Positions 16,760 through 29,009 of a stretch of DNA of 64,000 bases are shown here, piece after piece. Source of the stretch: Eledone cirrhosa (taxonomy: Eukaryota). The notes below the pieces were generated by a model. It was not told where the DNA came from. It worked only from the letters and a program-made list of their open reading frames with translations, and searched no databases. The DNA lies in the NCBI GenBank assembly GCA_964016885.1, contig OZ024751.1:18290001-18354000 (forward strand). Direction: 5' to 3'. The position numbers and the translations under genes are program-made. Positions within the stretch are counted from its first letter, which is position 1. Each line of letters begins with the position of its first letter.

Positions 16760-17945
16760 AACCACCAACAACAACACCACCACCAGGAACTCTAGCACCA
16801 GTACAACCACCACCAACATCACCACCACCAATAACAAGAACAACAACTCTAGCACCAATACAACCACCACCAACACCACCACCAGCAGCAACTCAAGCAC
16901 CAATACAACCACCACCAGCATTACCACCACCACCAGCAACTCAAACACGAATACAACAACCACAAACATCACCACCACCAACAACAACTCTAGCACCAAT
17001 ACAACCACCACCAACATCACCACCAACAACAACAACTCTAGCACCAATACAACCACCACCAACATCACCACCACCAACAACAACTCTAGCACCAATACAA
17101 CCACCACCAACATCACCACCTCCACCAATTCAAGCACCAATACAACCACCACCAACATCACCACCACCAACAACAACTCTAGCACCAATACAACCACCAC
17201 CAACATCACCACCTCCACCAATTCAAGCACCAATACAACCACCACCAACATCACCACCACCAACAACAACAACTCTAACACCAATACAACCACCACCAAC
17301 ATCACCACCACCAACATCACCACCACCAATATCACCACCACCAACAACAACAACTCAAGCACCAATACAACCACCACCATCATCACCACCAACATCACCA
17401 CCTCCACCAATTCAAGCACCAATACAACCACCACCAACATCACCACCAGCAACAACAACAACACTAGCACCAATACAACCACCACCAATATCACCACCAC
17501 CAACATCACCACCACCAATATCACCACCACCAACAACAACAACTCAAGCACCAATACAACCACCACCATCATCACCACCAACATCACCACCTCCACCAAT
17601 TCAAGCACCAATACAACCACCACCAACATCACCACCAGCAACAACAACAACACTAGCACCAATACAACCACCACCAACATCACCACCACCAACATCACCA
17701 CCACCAATATCACCACCACCAACAACAACAACTCAAGCACCAATACAACCACCACCATCATCACCACCAACATCACCACCTCCACCAATTCAAGCACCAA
17801 TACAACCACCACCAACATCACCACCAGCAACAACAACAACACTAGCACCAATACAACCACCACCAACATCACCACCACCAACATCACCACCACCAACAAC
17901 AACAACTCAAGCACTAATACAATCACCACCAGAAACATCAATAAC
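16760..17945. repeat. ACC/AAC-rich trinucleotide repeat with 189 bp higher-order unit
   Basis: ACACTAGCAC recurs at 17461, 17650 and 17839. Confidence 0.9.
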
Positions 17946-18092
17946 AACAGCACAAATCACTTCCAATAACAACAACAAAAGCCACCATGATCGCAAACAA
18001 CCACATCAACGACAATACTGCCACCACCAATCCCTAAGAACACAAACAACCACCACAGCAACAATACAACCACCACTATCAAATCAACCATC

Positions 18093-18304
18093 GAGGGTGG
18101 ATTGGCAGTATCGGTAGGGGGTCGGGCGCCATGCTTTGACGCATAGAGTTACGGCCCATTATGATCTGAGTTCAAATCCCGCCGAGGTTAACTTTGCCTT
18201 TCATTCTTACGGGGTTGATAAAATAAAGTACCAGTCACGCACTGGGGTCGATTTAATCGACTTTCCCCTCCCCCAAAATTGCTGGCCTTGTGCCTCTATA
18301 AAAA
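18093..18304 (+). mobile_element. tRNA-derived SINE, family 1, full length with 19 bp TSD
   Basis: A-box TGGCAGTATCGG, B-box GAGTTCAAATCC; ACCACTATCAAATCAACCA at 18072-18090 and 18305-18323. Confidence 0.92.
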
Positions 18305-18919
18305 ACCACTATCAAATCAACCACCAATACAGGCACCACCAACAACACCAATAACAATAGCAAAAATCACCACCGACAAAAGCCATCGCCACGACCACCA
18401 CGAACACAACAACCACAACAGCAACAACAATACTGCCACCACCACAGTCACGTACACCACCAATGACAACAATAAAACCACCGTTAAGAACACAACAACC
18501 ACAACAACAACAACAATACTGCCACCACCACAGTCACCAACACCACCAATGACAACAATAAAACCACCACCGTTAAGAACACAACAACCACAACAACAAC
18601 AACAATACTGCCACCACCACAGTCACCAACACCACCAACGACAACAATAAAACCACCGTTAAGAACACAACAACCACAACAACAATACTATCACCATTAA
18701 CAACACAAGCATTATAAACAATAACACTGCCATCATCACTGTCACAACCAGCATCAACAACAACTGCAACAATAATAATAATTGTTGGTACTTTTGGTAC
18801 AAGGCCAGCAATTACCACCAGTACATGACTGGTAAATACCACACAAAAGATGATGGCCACCCTAACCAGCAGGGCAAGTTCCCTCTCTCAGTTCTCCCAC
18901 TTCTCAGTCTACAGGCGCA

Positions 18920-19118
18920 ATAATAATAATTGTTTCTACTTTTGGCACAAGGCCAGCAATTATCTCAGTGAATTACTGGTACTTTATTTTATCGACCCCC
19001 GTAAGGATGAATGGCAAAGTTAACCTCGGCGGGATTTGAACTCAGACCGTATAGGGACGTAACTCTATGCTGCAAAGCATGGCGTCCAACCCTCTACTGA
19101 TACTGCCAATCTACCGCC
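18920..19118 (-). mobile_element. SINE family 1 (short-tail type)
   Basis: Reverse complement matches family head, body and tail. Confidence 0.85.
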
Positions 19119-19254
19119 ATACCACAACATTACCACAGCGAACACGAACAATAAATAATAGTGCTACAACCATCATTACCACCACCATTACAAAAACCAC
19201 TACTGGCATTTTCAACAAAACCACTTAACCGCAATATATATATGTGTCTGAGTC

Positions 19255-19290
<36 letters not shown>

Positions 19291-19293
<3 letters not shown>

Positions 19294-19431
19294 CGAAGGA
19301 AATGTGGTAAGGAACCAGGTGGACCATAACACACCAAAGCACTCAATACTTAGGGTAGTAGAATGGGTAATAGGAACGAGTAGGACCCCGACGGCTGAGC
19401 TCAAGCCGTTTCGACGGCTAATTCTGGACTA
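19291..19431 (-). mobile_element. Family V element
   Basis: Near-identical reverse complement of 6214-6347, in (TA)n. Confidence 0.8.
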
Positions 19432-19535
19432 TATATATATATATACACACACATACTGAAGCGAAAACCAACCAAACAGTGAGTGTGTTCTGTTATTATT
19501 TCTGGCAATAGTATTACAACAATATGACCCTCCCC

Positions 19536-19575
<40 letters not shown>

Positions 19576-19944
19576 TTATATATATATATATATATATATG
19601 CGTGAATGCGTGTGTGCAAGTTTGTATGAATGTAGGTATATATGTGTGAGGCCATGTGTGCATGTGTGTATATGTGCATGTGTTTATTAATAGCTAGATA
19701 AATATATTAGCTGGATTTCTTCAATCAATCGAACTTACCAAAATGTAGGAATACATATTCGGATGATCTCGGAATTAACCAAGATAGAAATATGTCTAAC
19801 AGCCTGTGATACTAAGTGCAAGCTATGTTTAATAACTGTGGCAGCTTTTACTTTACCATTATTATTCCGGTGGTGAAGAATACACCAGAAGATGATTGTA
19901 TATAGTGAGTGCATATGTAGGTGCGTATGGGTATGTATTATGTA

Positions 19945-20019
<75 letters not shown>

Positions 20020-20020
<1 letters not shown>

Positions 20021-20083
20021 CATAAACCAATATATAATAGATATAGATATATATATATACAGAAACCAATATATAATAGATAT

Positions 20084-20123
<40 letters not shown>

Positions 20124-20251
20124 ACCAATATATAATAGATATAGATGTATATATATATATATATATATATACAGAAACCAATATATAATAGATATAGATG
20201 TATGTATATATATATATATATATATACAGAAACCAATATATAATAGATATA

Positions 20252-20310
<59 letters not shown>

Positions 20311-20387
20311 ACCAATATATAATAGATATAGATGTATATATATATATATATATATATACAGAAACCAATATATAATAGATATAGATG

Positions 20388-20418
<31 letters not shown>

Positions 20419-20600
20419 ACCAATATATAATAGATATAGATGTATATATATATATATATATATATACAGAAACCAATATATAATAGATATAGATGTATAT
20501 ATATATATATATATATATACAGAAACCAATATATAATAGATATAGATGTATATATATATATATATATATATACAGAAACCAATATTTAATAGATATAGAT
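20020..20600. repeat. Tandem array of CAGAAACCAATATATAATAGATATAGATG plus variable (TA)n, about 11 units
   Basis: Directly visible. Confidence 0.93.
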
Positions 20601-20688
20601 ATATATATATATATATGTACATATACACTCGAACCACAAATCTACTGAATCACCTGATATATATATATGAGTGAAATATATATATGCG

Positions 20689-20767
20689 TGTGAAGGCGCG
20701 TGGCTGAGGGGTTAGAGAATTGAATTCGCAATCGTGACGCTGTGAGTTCGATTCCTGTACCGGGTGA
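20689..20767 (+). mobile_element. SINE family 2 head
   Basis: GGCGCGTGGCTGAGGGGTTAG A-box-like and GAGTTCGATTCC B-box; no tRNA acceptor stem. Confidence 0.65.
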
Positions 20768-20890
20768 TCCGACAGATAGTATTAACTATTGGAAAGACCA
20801 ATGGAAACATTGTTTCCTCGGTCCGATTTGACGAGCTTCACTCAACTCGTTAAGCGAATGGGGTTTGGGGAACTTCTCGATCGACTGTCG

Positions 20891-20922
<32 letters not shown>

Positions 20923-20988
20923 GAAACTAGCTGTTGAAATGGCAAGAGCTCAGTCATCGGGTCCCTGCGCTTTATGACACACACACAC

Positions 20989-21051
<63 letters not shown>

Positions 21052-21080
21052 TGTTTAACAAGGTCCAATGAATAAAGTTA

Positions 21081-21142
21081 TTTTATCTGATGAGGACGTA
21101 CTGTTGAAATAGCTCATTACCTCTGAAATATGTATAATAAAA
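21081..21142 (+). ncRNA. Type I hammerhead ribozyme (family E)
   Basis: TTTTAT/ATAAAA stem I; CTGATGA 21087-21093; imperfect stem II GGACGTA/TACCTCT; GAAA 21125-21128; TATGTA-TA; flanked by (TA)n. Confidence 0.7.
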
Positions 21143-21182
21143 AATATTTGATCACATGAATGTCTATATTAATATTTTGAAG

Positions 21183-21214
<32 letters not shown>

Positions 21215-21221
<7 letters not shown>

Positions 21222-21770
21222 CAAGGTTTAGCAAATAAGAAAAAGTTTCAAAATAAATTTTAAAAAATTTACTTTACTTACTATGGTTACCTTTACCGAA
21301 TCGGTTTCGAGTCTCAAAAATAAACGGACAGTCCATACGGCATCCGTTGCAAAGATAAACTCTCCTCTGCCTCTATCTTTACACACGGCACTTGAAAGAA
21401 TTGCTTCCACTTCATTTATTCTCATCTCGGGAACAATTTTGAATAGCGCCAGTTCGCAATTAGAACTCGGGAATTTTTATATACTCCGAGTGAAAAGATC
21501 CTTCTGACGAGAGTTTATCTTTGCAACGGATGCCGTATGGACTGTCCGTTTATTTTTGAGACTCGAAACTGATTCGGTAAAGGTAACCATATTAAGTAAA
21601 GTTAATTTTTTAAAATTTATTTTGAAACTTTTTCTTATTTGCTAAACCTTGATTATATATGTTCTGGCTCGTTAATTTATTAACCTGCCATTGAACCATA
21701 TTGGCATATGGTTGGACAATACATGTGTCCCTAAGCGCCTTGTGCGTGTAGGAACATATACTTTATTATA
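21215..21770 (+). mobile_element. Foldback element, family F
   Basis: About 150 bp inverted arms 21215-21364 vs 21509-21658, ~140 bp spacer, 3' tail, (TA)n on both sides. Confidence 0.75.
21500..21583 (+). ncRNA. Type I hammerhead ribozyme (family F)
   Basis: CCTT/AAGG stem I; CTGACGA 21504-21510; GAGTTT/AGACTC stem II; GAAA 21565-21568; C(T/C)GATTCGG; GUA cleavage triplet 21577-21579. Confidence 0.8.
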
Positions 21771-21773
21771 TAT

Positions 21774-21825
<52 letters not shown>

Positions 21826-22120
21826 GTATAGATGGGTGTATTTATAAAAATCGTTTATGTATACATGCGCACATCTGTGTATATGTCGTAATATGTTATA
21901 CCCCACAACTTAGCCGTTCGACAAAAGGCGTCGATAGAATAAGAGTTTGATTGACTAATTATTTAAAAAGACGTGCCCCAGCCTGGCCGCTGTTCAATAG
22001 CTGAAACTAATCAGTAAACTATTAAATGAATAAATGAATAAAAAAAAATAATGAATTCGTTATTATATATTTATTATATATTTTTATTATTTATATATAT
22101 CATTTCTTTCTTTTTTGTAG

Positions 22121-22232
22121 CTGTCTAGAACATTCTTTGAAGTGAACAATTCAAGGCCAAGCTATTCTATTTAGTGGCTGCCCACCCACTGTGAACACAC
22201 ATCACATACGATGGAGAGTTTGTTTTAGCTCG
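22121..22232 (+). other. Candidate exon, probably non-coding (5'UTR or lncRNA)
   Basis: TTTCTTTCTTTTTTGTAG acceptor and CG|GTAAGT consensus donor; stops in all three frames. Confidence 0.45.
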
Positions 22233-22648
22233 GTAAGTTCAATCTCATTAAAATGTTATCAGAAAGAATCATCGAATGAGAGAATAAGGGAACGATTGAA
22301 TGAACAATAAAAATAAACTGCTGTCGTTTTCAGTGATTGCCGTTTGTCTGTCATGTTGGATCGTGTATCAAACCGATTCTATTCGGTTTGTTTTGGAGGC
22401 GGTCTTTTTTGTCTTCTAGTGTATCTAAAGTGTTCTTCTTTTTCTCGTATAACCACTAGTCAAGCTCCGTGTATATGTGTGTGTAAGTGTGTATGTAAGT
22501 AAGTGTGGGTGTTTGTGTGTAGATAGAGATATAGATAAATGGGGAGAAATAGAGAAGGATAGATAGACAGACCTAATATATATATGTATATATAAAGAAT
22601 TAGAAATTACATTTAGTCAAAATTACGTTGAGGATTTCTAATTCAATC

Positions 22649-22697
<49 letters not shown>

Positions 22698-22779
22698 ATG
22701 ATAGTTGGAAAATCACTGACGAAGGACTATTTTTATCATATGTAACCCATGTGCAACCACGCAGTATTCTTTCTTCTCC

Positions 22780-22824
<45 letters not shown>

Positions 22825-22860
22825 ATATATATAGTTCTATTCAGTAGAAAGGATTTCTAT

Positions 22861-22976
22861 AATTGTTTCTACTTTTGGCACAAGGCCAGCAATTATCCCA
22901 GTACATTACTGGTACTTTATATCACTGGTACTTTATTTTGTCGACCCCGTAAGGATGAAAGGCAAAGTTAACCTTA
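22861..22976 (-). mobile_element. 5'-truncated SINE family 1 with 12 bp TSD
   Basis: GATTTCTATAAT at 22852-22863 and 22979-22990. Confidence 0.8.
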
Positions 22977-23073
22977 ATGATTTCTATAATAAACTGAATA
23001 TGCTGTATATCTACTAACGTGTAGTCTACCTTTTTTTTTTAACTACGGTTACCTTTCTATATACATAGAGAAT

Positions 23074-23137
<64 letters not shown>

Positions 23138-24193
23138 TATGAAATGATACAGCCAATTTTCCACACAATACAATTAGTTAGCACCACGAACGTTTAATTA
23201 GGAATATACTCAGGTATTTCCTAATGTTTGTTGAGTGAGTTGGAATTTGGCCGGAGTATCGCTATTAGCTTTCTCCGATTATGTATTTATATATATATAT
23301 ATATATTATTTTTCTTTCAATCCCAGCATCCAATTAATTCAAATAAAAACTATAGTTCGTTGTTTCTGAGGAAGACGATGAGATAGATCTAGATTAGTGA
23401 AGCTAATAATATTTGGTTGCATAACTGCCATCAATTAGTCACTATATCAATTTATCGTTATCAATCAACCTTCTGAAACGATCGTAAAATTATGAACTGA
23501 TTAAGCTGCAATCTTTTGTTTTCGTTGTTCAATATATATATATATATGATTATGTAGCTAGTTTCGGATGCACAACGGAATCTGTAATGATGGAAGTCTT
23601 CTACATAGCTCTCATCACTAGGTATCGTTGTAATTCTTATTTCAGGACAATATGAAGTTCTTATATAAACACATCCTAGTGTATATATGTACACCATGTA
23701 GTTTCGGAAACGACATGATCTATACATTTTATTTTCAGAAACTCCTATTTCTTGTTCCAAAGAATTCTCCCCCTGAAGACGTAATCAAATTCGTCCAATA
23801 TTGGTTGTTCCAATGTTTTATAAATAATTAATATTGTTTCTCAATTCCAGAAACTGCCCCTGGGGAATCATATGCGTTGCACTGACTTATTCTAGACGCT
23901 CTAGCTTATATCCCCCCATATTGAGATTTGGTTTTATTTTAATTACTTATCTGATTTCGATAATATATCTGTATATGTTGTCCTTTCATTGAGATGTCTA
24001 AGTATTGGAGGGAAATAAACTTTTATTTGATATATATATGTACATATAAAAAGGTTATGGTCCGACTTGTTTTTTTTTACCACACCCTATCTGATATATA
24101 TATACATTCGAAAGGTGAACGGAAAGAAAGAAAAGGATACAGTACAATGAAGAAATATGTTAGTGTAACGCTTGATAGTGAAGTAAAGAAAGA

Positions 24194-24228
24194 CTTAACG
24201 TTTCAGACACTCTTCCTTTATCAGAAGA
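24194..24228 (-). ncRNA. Minimal hammerhead, core-mutated (CUGAUAA)
   Basis: Minus strand CTT-CTGATAA-AGGAAGAGTGTCT-GAAACGTT-AAG; palindromic AACGTT stem III. Confidence 0.5.
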
Positions 24229-24352
24229 TAAGAATGTAAGAAGCGGAAGGAACGGTAAAGCATTTTTCACAGACAAAACACATGTGAATGTCCACCAGTG
24301 TATATCTGCATATATGTAAGGTACACGGTCTATCCATATACCTACATTTATA

Positions 24353-24434
<82 letters not shown>

Positions 24435-24438
<4 letters not shown>

Positions 24439-24617
24439 GAAGGAAGTGTGGTAAGGAACCAGGTGGACCATAACGCAACAGAGTACTCGATAGTTAGGGT
24501 AGTAGAGTGGGTAATAGGAAAAGAATCAGGACCCCGACGAATGAGCCGTTTCGACTGCTAGATCTGAACGCTGTCGAAACGGCCGGAGCTCAACCGTTGG
24601 GGTCCTGACTCTTTTCC

Positions 24618-24620
<3 letters not shown>
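24435..24620 (-). mobile_element. Family V element with inverted arm
   Basis: Tail on the minus strand plus an inverted GAAACGG...GGGTCCTGACTCTTTTCCTAT arm. Confidence 0.75.
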
Positions 24621-24659
<39 letters not shown>

Positions 24660-24672
<13 letters not shown>

Positions 24673-24880
24673 GTAAGTTTGAAGAATTATTAGATAAAAT
24701 ATATACAGTATTTACTGTATACATTTTATCTAATAATCTAATAATTCTTCAAACTTGCAATTTTATATATAGCTCTGATTAATAAGTATTTGCTTGATTA
24801 ATTCTTCATTGAGGCACACCATGAAAAGTAGCCAAACTCATATATGTATCTGTGACTATGTCTTATTATATACATATATC
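24660..24880 (+). mobile_element. Foldback element without visible hammerhead core
   Basis: Inverted arms ~24660-24710 vs 24713-24772 plus tail, in (TA)n. Confidence 0.55.
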
Positions 24881-25055
24881 CCTTTGAATTTAATATATAT
24901 ATAATTAAAGAGTTTTACTGTATAACACCAATTCAATATGGCAGCATTTTAATCTGGACAGATTTAACGTCTTTTCTTCTTCTTCTTCTTCTTCTTCTTC
25001 TTCTTCTTCTTCTTCGAATTTTTTTATTATTATTTATATACCACTCTATACCATA

Positions 25056-25086
<31 letters not shown>

Positions 25087-25420
25087 CGCCAAACTTTTGT
25101 CTCACGTTTTACATAATTTCTTACGAAAGGCAAATGAAACTGAAAGATAAACAACGCAAAAGAAAATAAATAAAAAAATAGATTGTTTAATAATGTGTTT
25201 TGTGTTATGTATAATACACGTATATACATACACATGCCTATATATTTATATATATATATATATATTGTGTACATATGTATATATATGTGTGTGGGTGCGT
25301 GTGGGTGTGTGTATGCATATACATATATATATATATGTATGTGTATATTTGTGTACATACGTATATCTATATATTTGTGTAGATATATATATACATATAT
25401 TTGTGTACATATATATATAT

Positions 25421-25507
<87 letters not shown>

Positions 25508-25701
25508 GGAAAAGAATTTTAAACGAAATTTCATTTCTCACTCTTAGTACGGCTGATACTTAAATGTAAGTATGTATTAAGTACATACATATATGTATAC
25601 AGACGTACAGTAGTATGTATATATATACATACATGCACACATATATATATATGTACGTATGGGTTTACCGAACATTTATTATAATGTTCGGTTTGTTTGT
25701 A

Positions 25702-25743
<42 letters not shown>

Positions 25744-25814
25744 GTTAGTGTACATTTCATTTTTCGTTGCATATATTTTTGTATATTTTTTATAAATATA
25801 TTATATCTCATCCG

Positions 25815-26430
25815 CTGCGTCAAACATGGCCTCCCATATTCCAGACAATAGATTTTGTACCTCCTACTCTACTCCACCACTTTGCCACTGCCTATAGATG
25901 GCGCTGCCATCTCTAGCTGCTCTGTGTGATTTCGTACGTTCGCTGTCATTAATATACATTAGTAATCACAAACAATAGGTGTTGTTAAATGAGCTTATTC
26001 TTATTGTTGCTGTTGTCTGCATTATTACCTATTTTTATTGCTGTTGTTGTTGTTATTATTATTGTTGTTGATATTGTTGTTGCTGTTTTGGCTATTGTTA
26101 TTGTAGTAGTTCTTCTTTTCTTCTTTTTTCATCTTTTTCTTATTACATTTTACTTTCTTCTTCTTCTTCTTCTTCTTCTTCTTCTTCTTCTTCTTCTTCT
26201 TCTTCTTCTTCTTCTTCTTCTTCTTCTTCTGCGGTTATTATTATCATTATCATTATTCTTTTTGTTTTGTTTGTTGTTATGTGTTTCTTATTATTTGTTG
26301 TTCACATAGTTTATTTATTTATTTATCTATTTATTTATTTATTTATTTATTTATTTATTGCTCATTTAAAACATACAAGATGGCCTCACCTATATTTGAT
26401 TTCTAACGTTAACTGCCCGCGCATGCGCCT
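25815..26430. promoter_or_regulatory. Possible promoter/insulator motif cluster
   Basis: Palindromic CTATAGATGGC-GCT-GCCATCTCTAG (25892-25916, CTCF/YY1-like), CAAGATGGC (26376-26384, YY1-like), GCGCATGCGC (26419-26428, NRF1 consensus). Confidence 0.35.
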
Positions 26431-26991
26431 GACTTGAGAGAGTTTCTGGAGATGTCATTGTTCTTGTTGTTGTCGTAGTTGTTGTTATTTATATTGTCGT
26501 TGCTGTTCTTGTTGTTGTTGTTGGTGGTGGTGGTTGGAGTGATGGTATTATGGTGGTGGTCGTGGTGGTGGTGGTAGTGTTCGTATTATGGTGGCGGCGG
26601 CGGTAGTAGTATTATGGTGATGGTGTTGATGGTGGAATAATACCGGGAACAAGTCAATATACATATACACATAATACTACCACCACCACCACCATAATAT
26701 CACCTCTCCCACCACCAACAACAATAACATGAACTGTTATTACTACAGCATGTGTCCGACAAGCTTTTGATTCCAGAGTCGGGCCAGATCGATACAAATC
26801 GAACCTTGAGCTGATCAACGGCGAAACGCGTGTCACCAATCAATAAACGTAATGAAGGCTTAATAAATCGTCCTTGTATTATTACATTATTATATTACAC
26901 TCTGTCTAGCTCTACACCTCGCCACCGACGTGAACATAAACATCGAGTGCTCACCCGGGTAAATCTACAGTAACTTCCTGGATCTCTCTGA

Positions 26992-27084
<93 letters not shown>

Positions 27085-27114
27085 GAAGAGAGAGAGATAG
27101 AGCGGCGGGGGAGA

Positions 27115-27450
27115 GATCGACAACATAGAATCAAATGTACTTCCGTCGGTTTCGACAATAAGTGTTCAATTTGAATATAAATATCTGTGAACTTTGATCG
27201 TATGAAATAGTGTCAAAAGATTCGACAAGTCTCACAACCATCGTATCCATTTCAAGGAACATTATCATCAATAATATCAACGTGGAATGGACCTCCGTGG
27301 GTTTCGACGATGCTTGTTCTAGCTGAATATGAATGTCCTCGAAGTGAAATCAATCATTAAGTGAAAATTTAAATGAAAATTAATGAGGACATATGTGAAA
27401 TGAGAATTAAATTCCTCACGCCGATCTCTATAAATGTATTCTCGTATGCT
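27115..27450 (+). repeat. Interspersed repeat, paralogous to 42170-42820
   Basis: Long near-identical blocks, e.g. GTGGAATGG.CCTCCGTGGGTTTCGACGATG...GAAATGAGAATTA. Confidence 0.85.
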
Positions 27451-27676
27451 ATCATGCAACAAGAATGAGCGACAGAGAAGGGGCGGGGAGGGTATACTGT
27501 ATTATAGATATGTAGGTGTGTGTGTGTGACTGCGTGTAGGTTTGTCTTGGCACAGTGTGTGTCTATATGTATAACTCTCTCTTTATCTCACTGTATACAC
27601 ACACACGTATATATATATATATATACAGAGAGAGAGCAAGAGAAAGATATATATATACACACACAGAGCGAGAGAA

Positions 27677-27735
<59 letters not shown>

Positions 27736-27740
27736 TATAT

Positions 27741-28309
27741 ATGGTGGCTGCCAACTCGTTTTCGAGTACGGCCACTACTTTATATCCATGTAGGAGAACC
27801 CCTACCGATGCGTTGAACGAGTGTGACTTTTTAGTCCAGCCAGCGACTTGAAAACTCTGGTACAAACACTACACTTGTGACAATTACTGACACATAGTGC
27901 TGGGCCCATGGTATCTTGTGACGAGAAGTGCAGAGAGATCTCCAGATATAAAGCAATGCCTGTGCCGTGAAGCTTTTATAGTGAGCAAAGGCACTGCACA
28001 AAGCCAGTCCCACTCTCTTAACCAAGATGATATTTACCAAAAAGAAGAACAAGTTAACATCATTGGATACCATCAGGGTTGCAGTTGTTATATCAGAGTT
28101 TTCCTTCTCCTAGAATTCTGCCTTGAAAAAGGCTAAGGGGTCATCTCTCCCGGTGAATTTGGATGGCCATTGACTCTTAAGAGCTCCTTTGCCCTTTGAC
28201 AGGTTTTGTTTTTAGTCCTGCAGGATGTCCAAAGTCACCCTCCTCACCAAGAAACCTTGGTGGGGTTGCCAGTTTAGTCGCCATCGACCCGACGATGGGA
28301 CAGGTTGTA

Positions 28310-28310
<1 letters not shown>
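27741..28310 (-). mobile_element. Non-autonomous RTE-like retroelement
   Basis: 5' part with GGCGACTAAACTGGCAACCCC and AGGAGAAGGAAAACTCTG motifs recalled from RTE 5'UTRs; 3' 170 bp repeated inverted at 31515-31684; ends in microsatellite. Confidence 0.5.
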
Positions 28311-28367
<57 letters not shown>

Positions 28368-28630
28368 GCACACACACAGAGATTGAGAGAAAGATATATA
28401 TATATATATGTATATACACGTGTTGTGTGTCTGTGTGTTTCTATATGTGTCTGTATGTGTGATATGTGTGTGCATGTCTGTATGTCTTACTGTGAAAGTA
28501 TTTCTCTCTCAATCTATCTGTGTGTGTGTATGTCAGTCTGCTTTTGTGTCTGTATGTGTGTGTGTCTCTTTATCTCTATGTGTATGTATAGGTCAGTAAT
28601 GTAAGAGCTATAAACATAATCTAGCGTATA

Positions 28631-28880
28631 TAATTGTTTCTACGTTTTGGCACAAGGCCAGCAAATACGCAGTGCATTACTGGTACTTTATTTTATCGAC
28701 CCCGTAAGGATGAAAGGCAAAGTTAACCTCGATGGGATTTGAACTCAGAAAGTAAATGGCCGTAACTCTTTGTAACAAAGTGTGTTGCCTGACGCTCTAC
28801 CGACACTGCCAAATAATATATTCGAACTTAGAATGGCAAGGGCCGTAACTCTATATATCAAAGCATAGCGCCCGACCCTC
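28631..28880 (-). mobile_element. SINE family 1 plus extra head fragment
   Basis: Reverse complement matches the family. Confidence 0.8.
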
Positions 28881-29009
28881 TAGTCTATATAATTGACCAT
28901 CAACATGTCGCTAGCTTCACATCTTATTGGTCCGAAATATCGACTGCCATAACAGACAAGAAGGAGACTAGAAAGAACCTATCATTACTTCAGAGTTTAT
29001 ACTCCACCT

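Noticed and set aside
18093-18185. tRNA genes
   Set aside because: A and B boxes are present but there is no cloverleaf; these are SINE heads followed by body, tail and TSD.
20020-20600. CRISPR-like array of constant 29 bp repeats with variable spacers
   Set aside because: The spacers are only (TA)n of varying length, the context is eukaryotic, and there are no cas genes.
21365-21500. GIY-YIG or RT coding remnant in foldback spacers (also 49812-50060)
   Set aside because: No recognisable PLE protein motif in the frames examined; the PLE assignment rests on architecture only.
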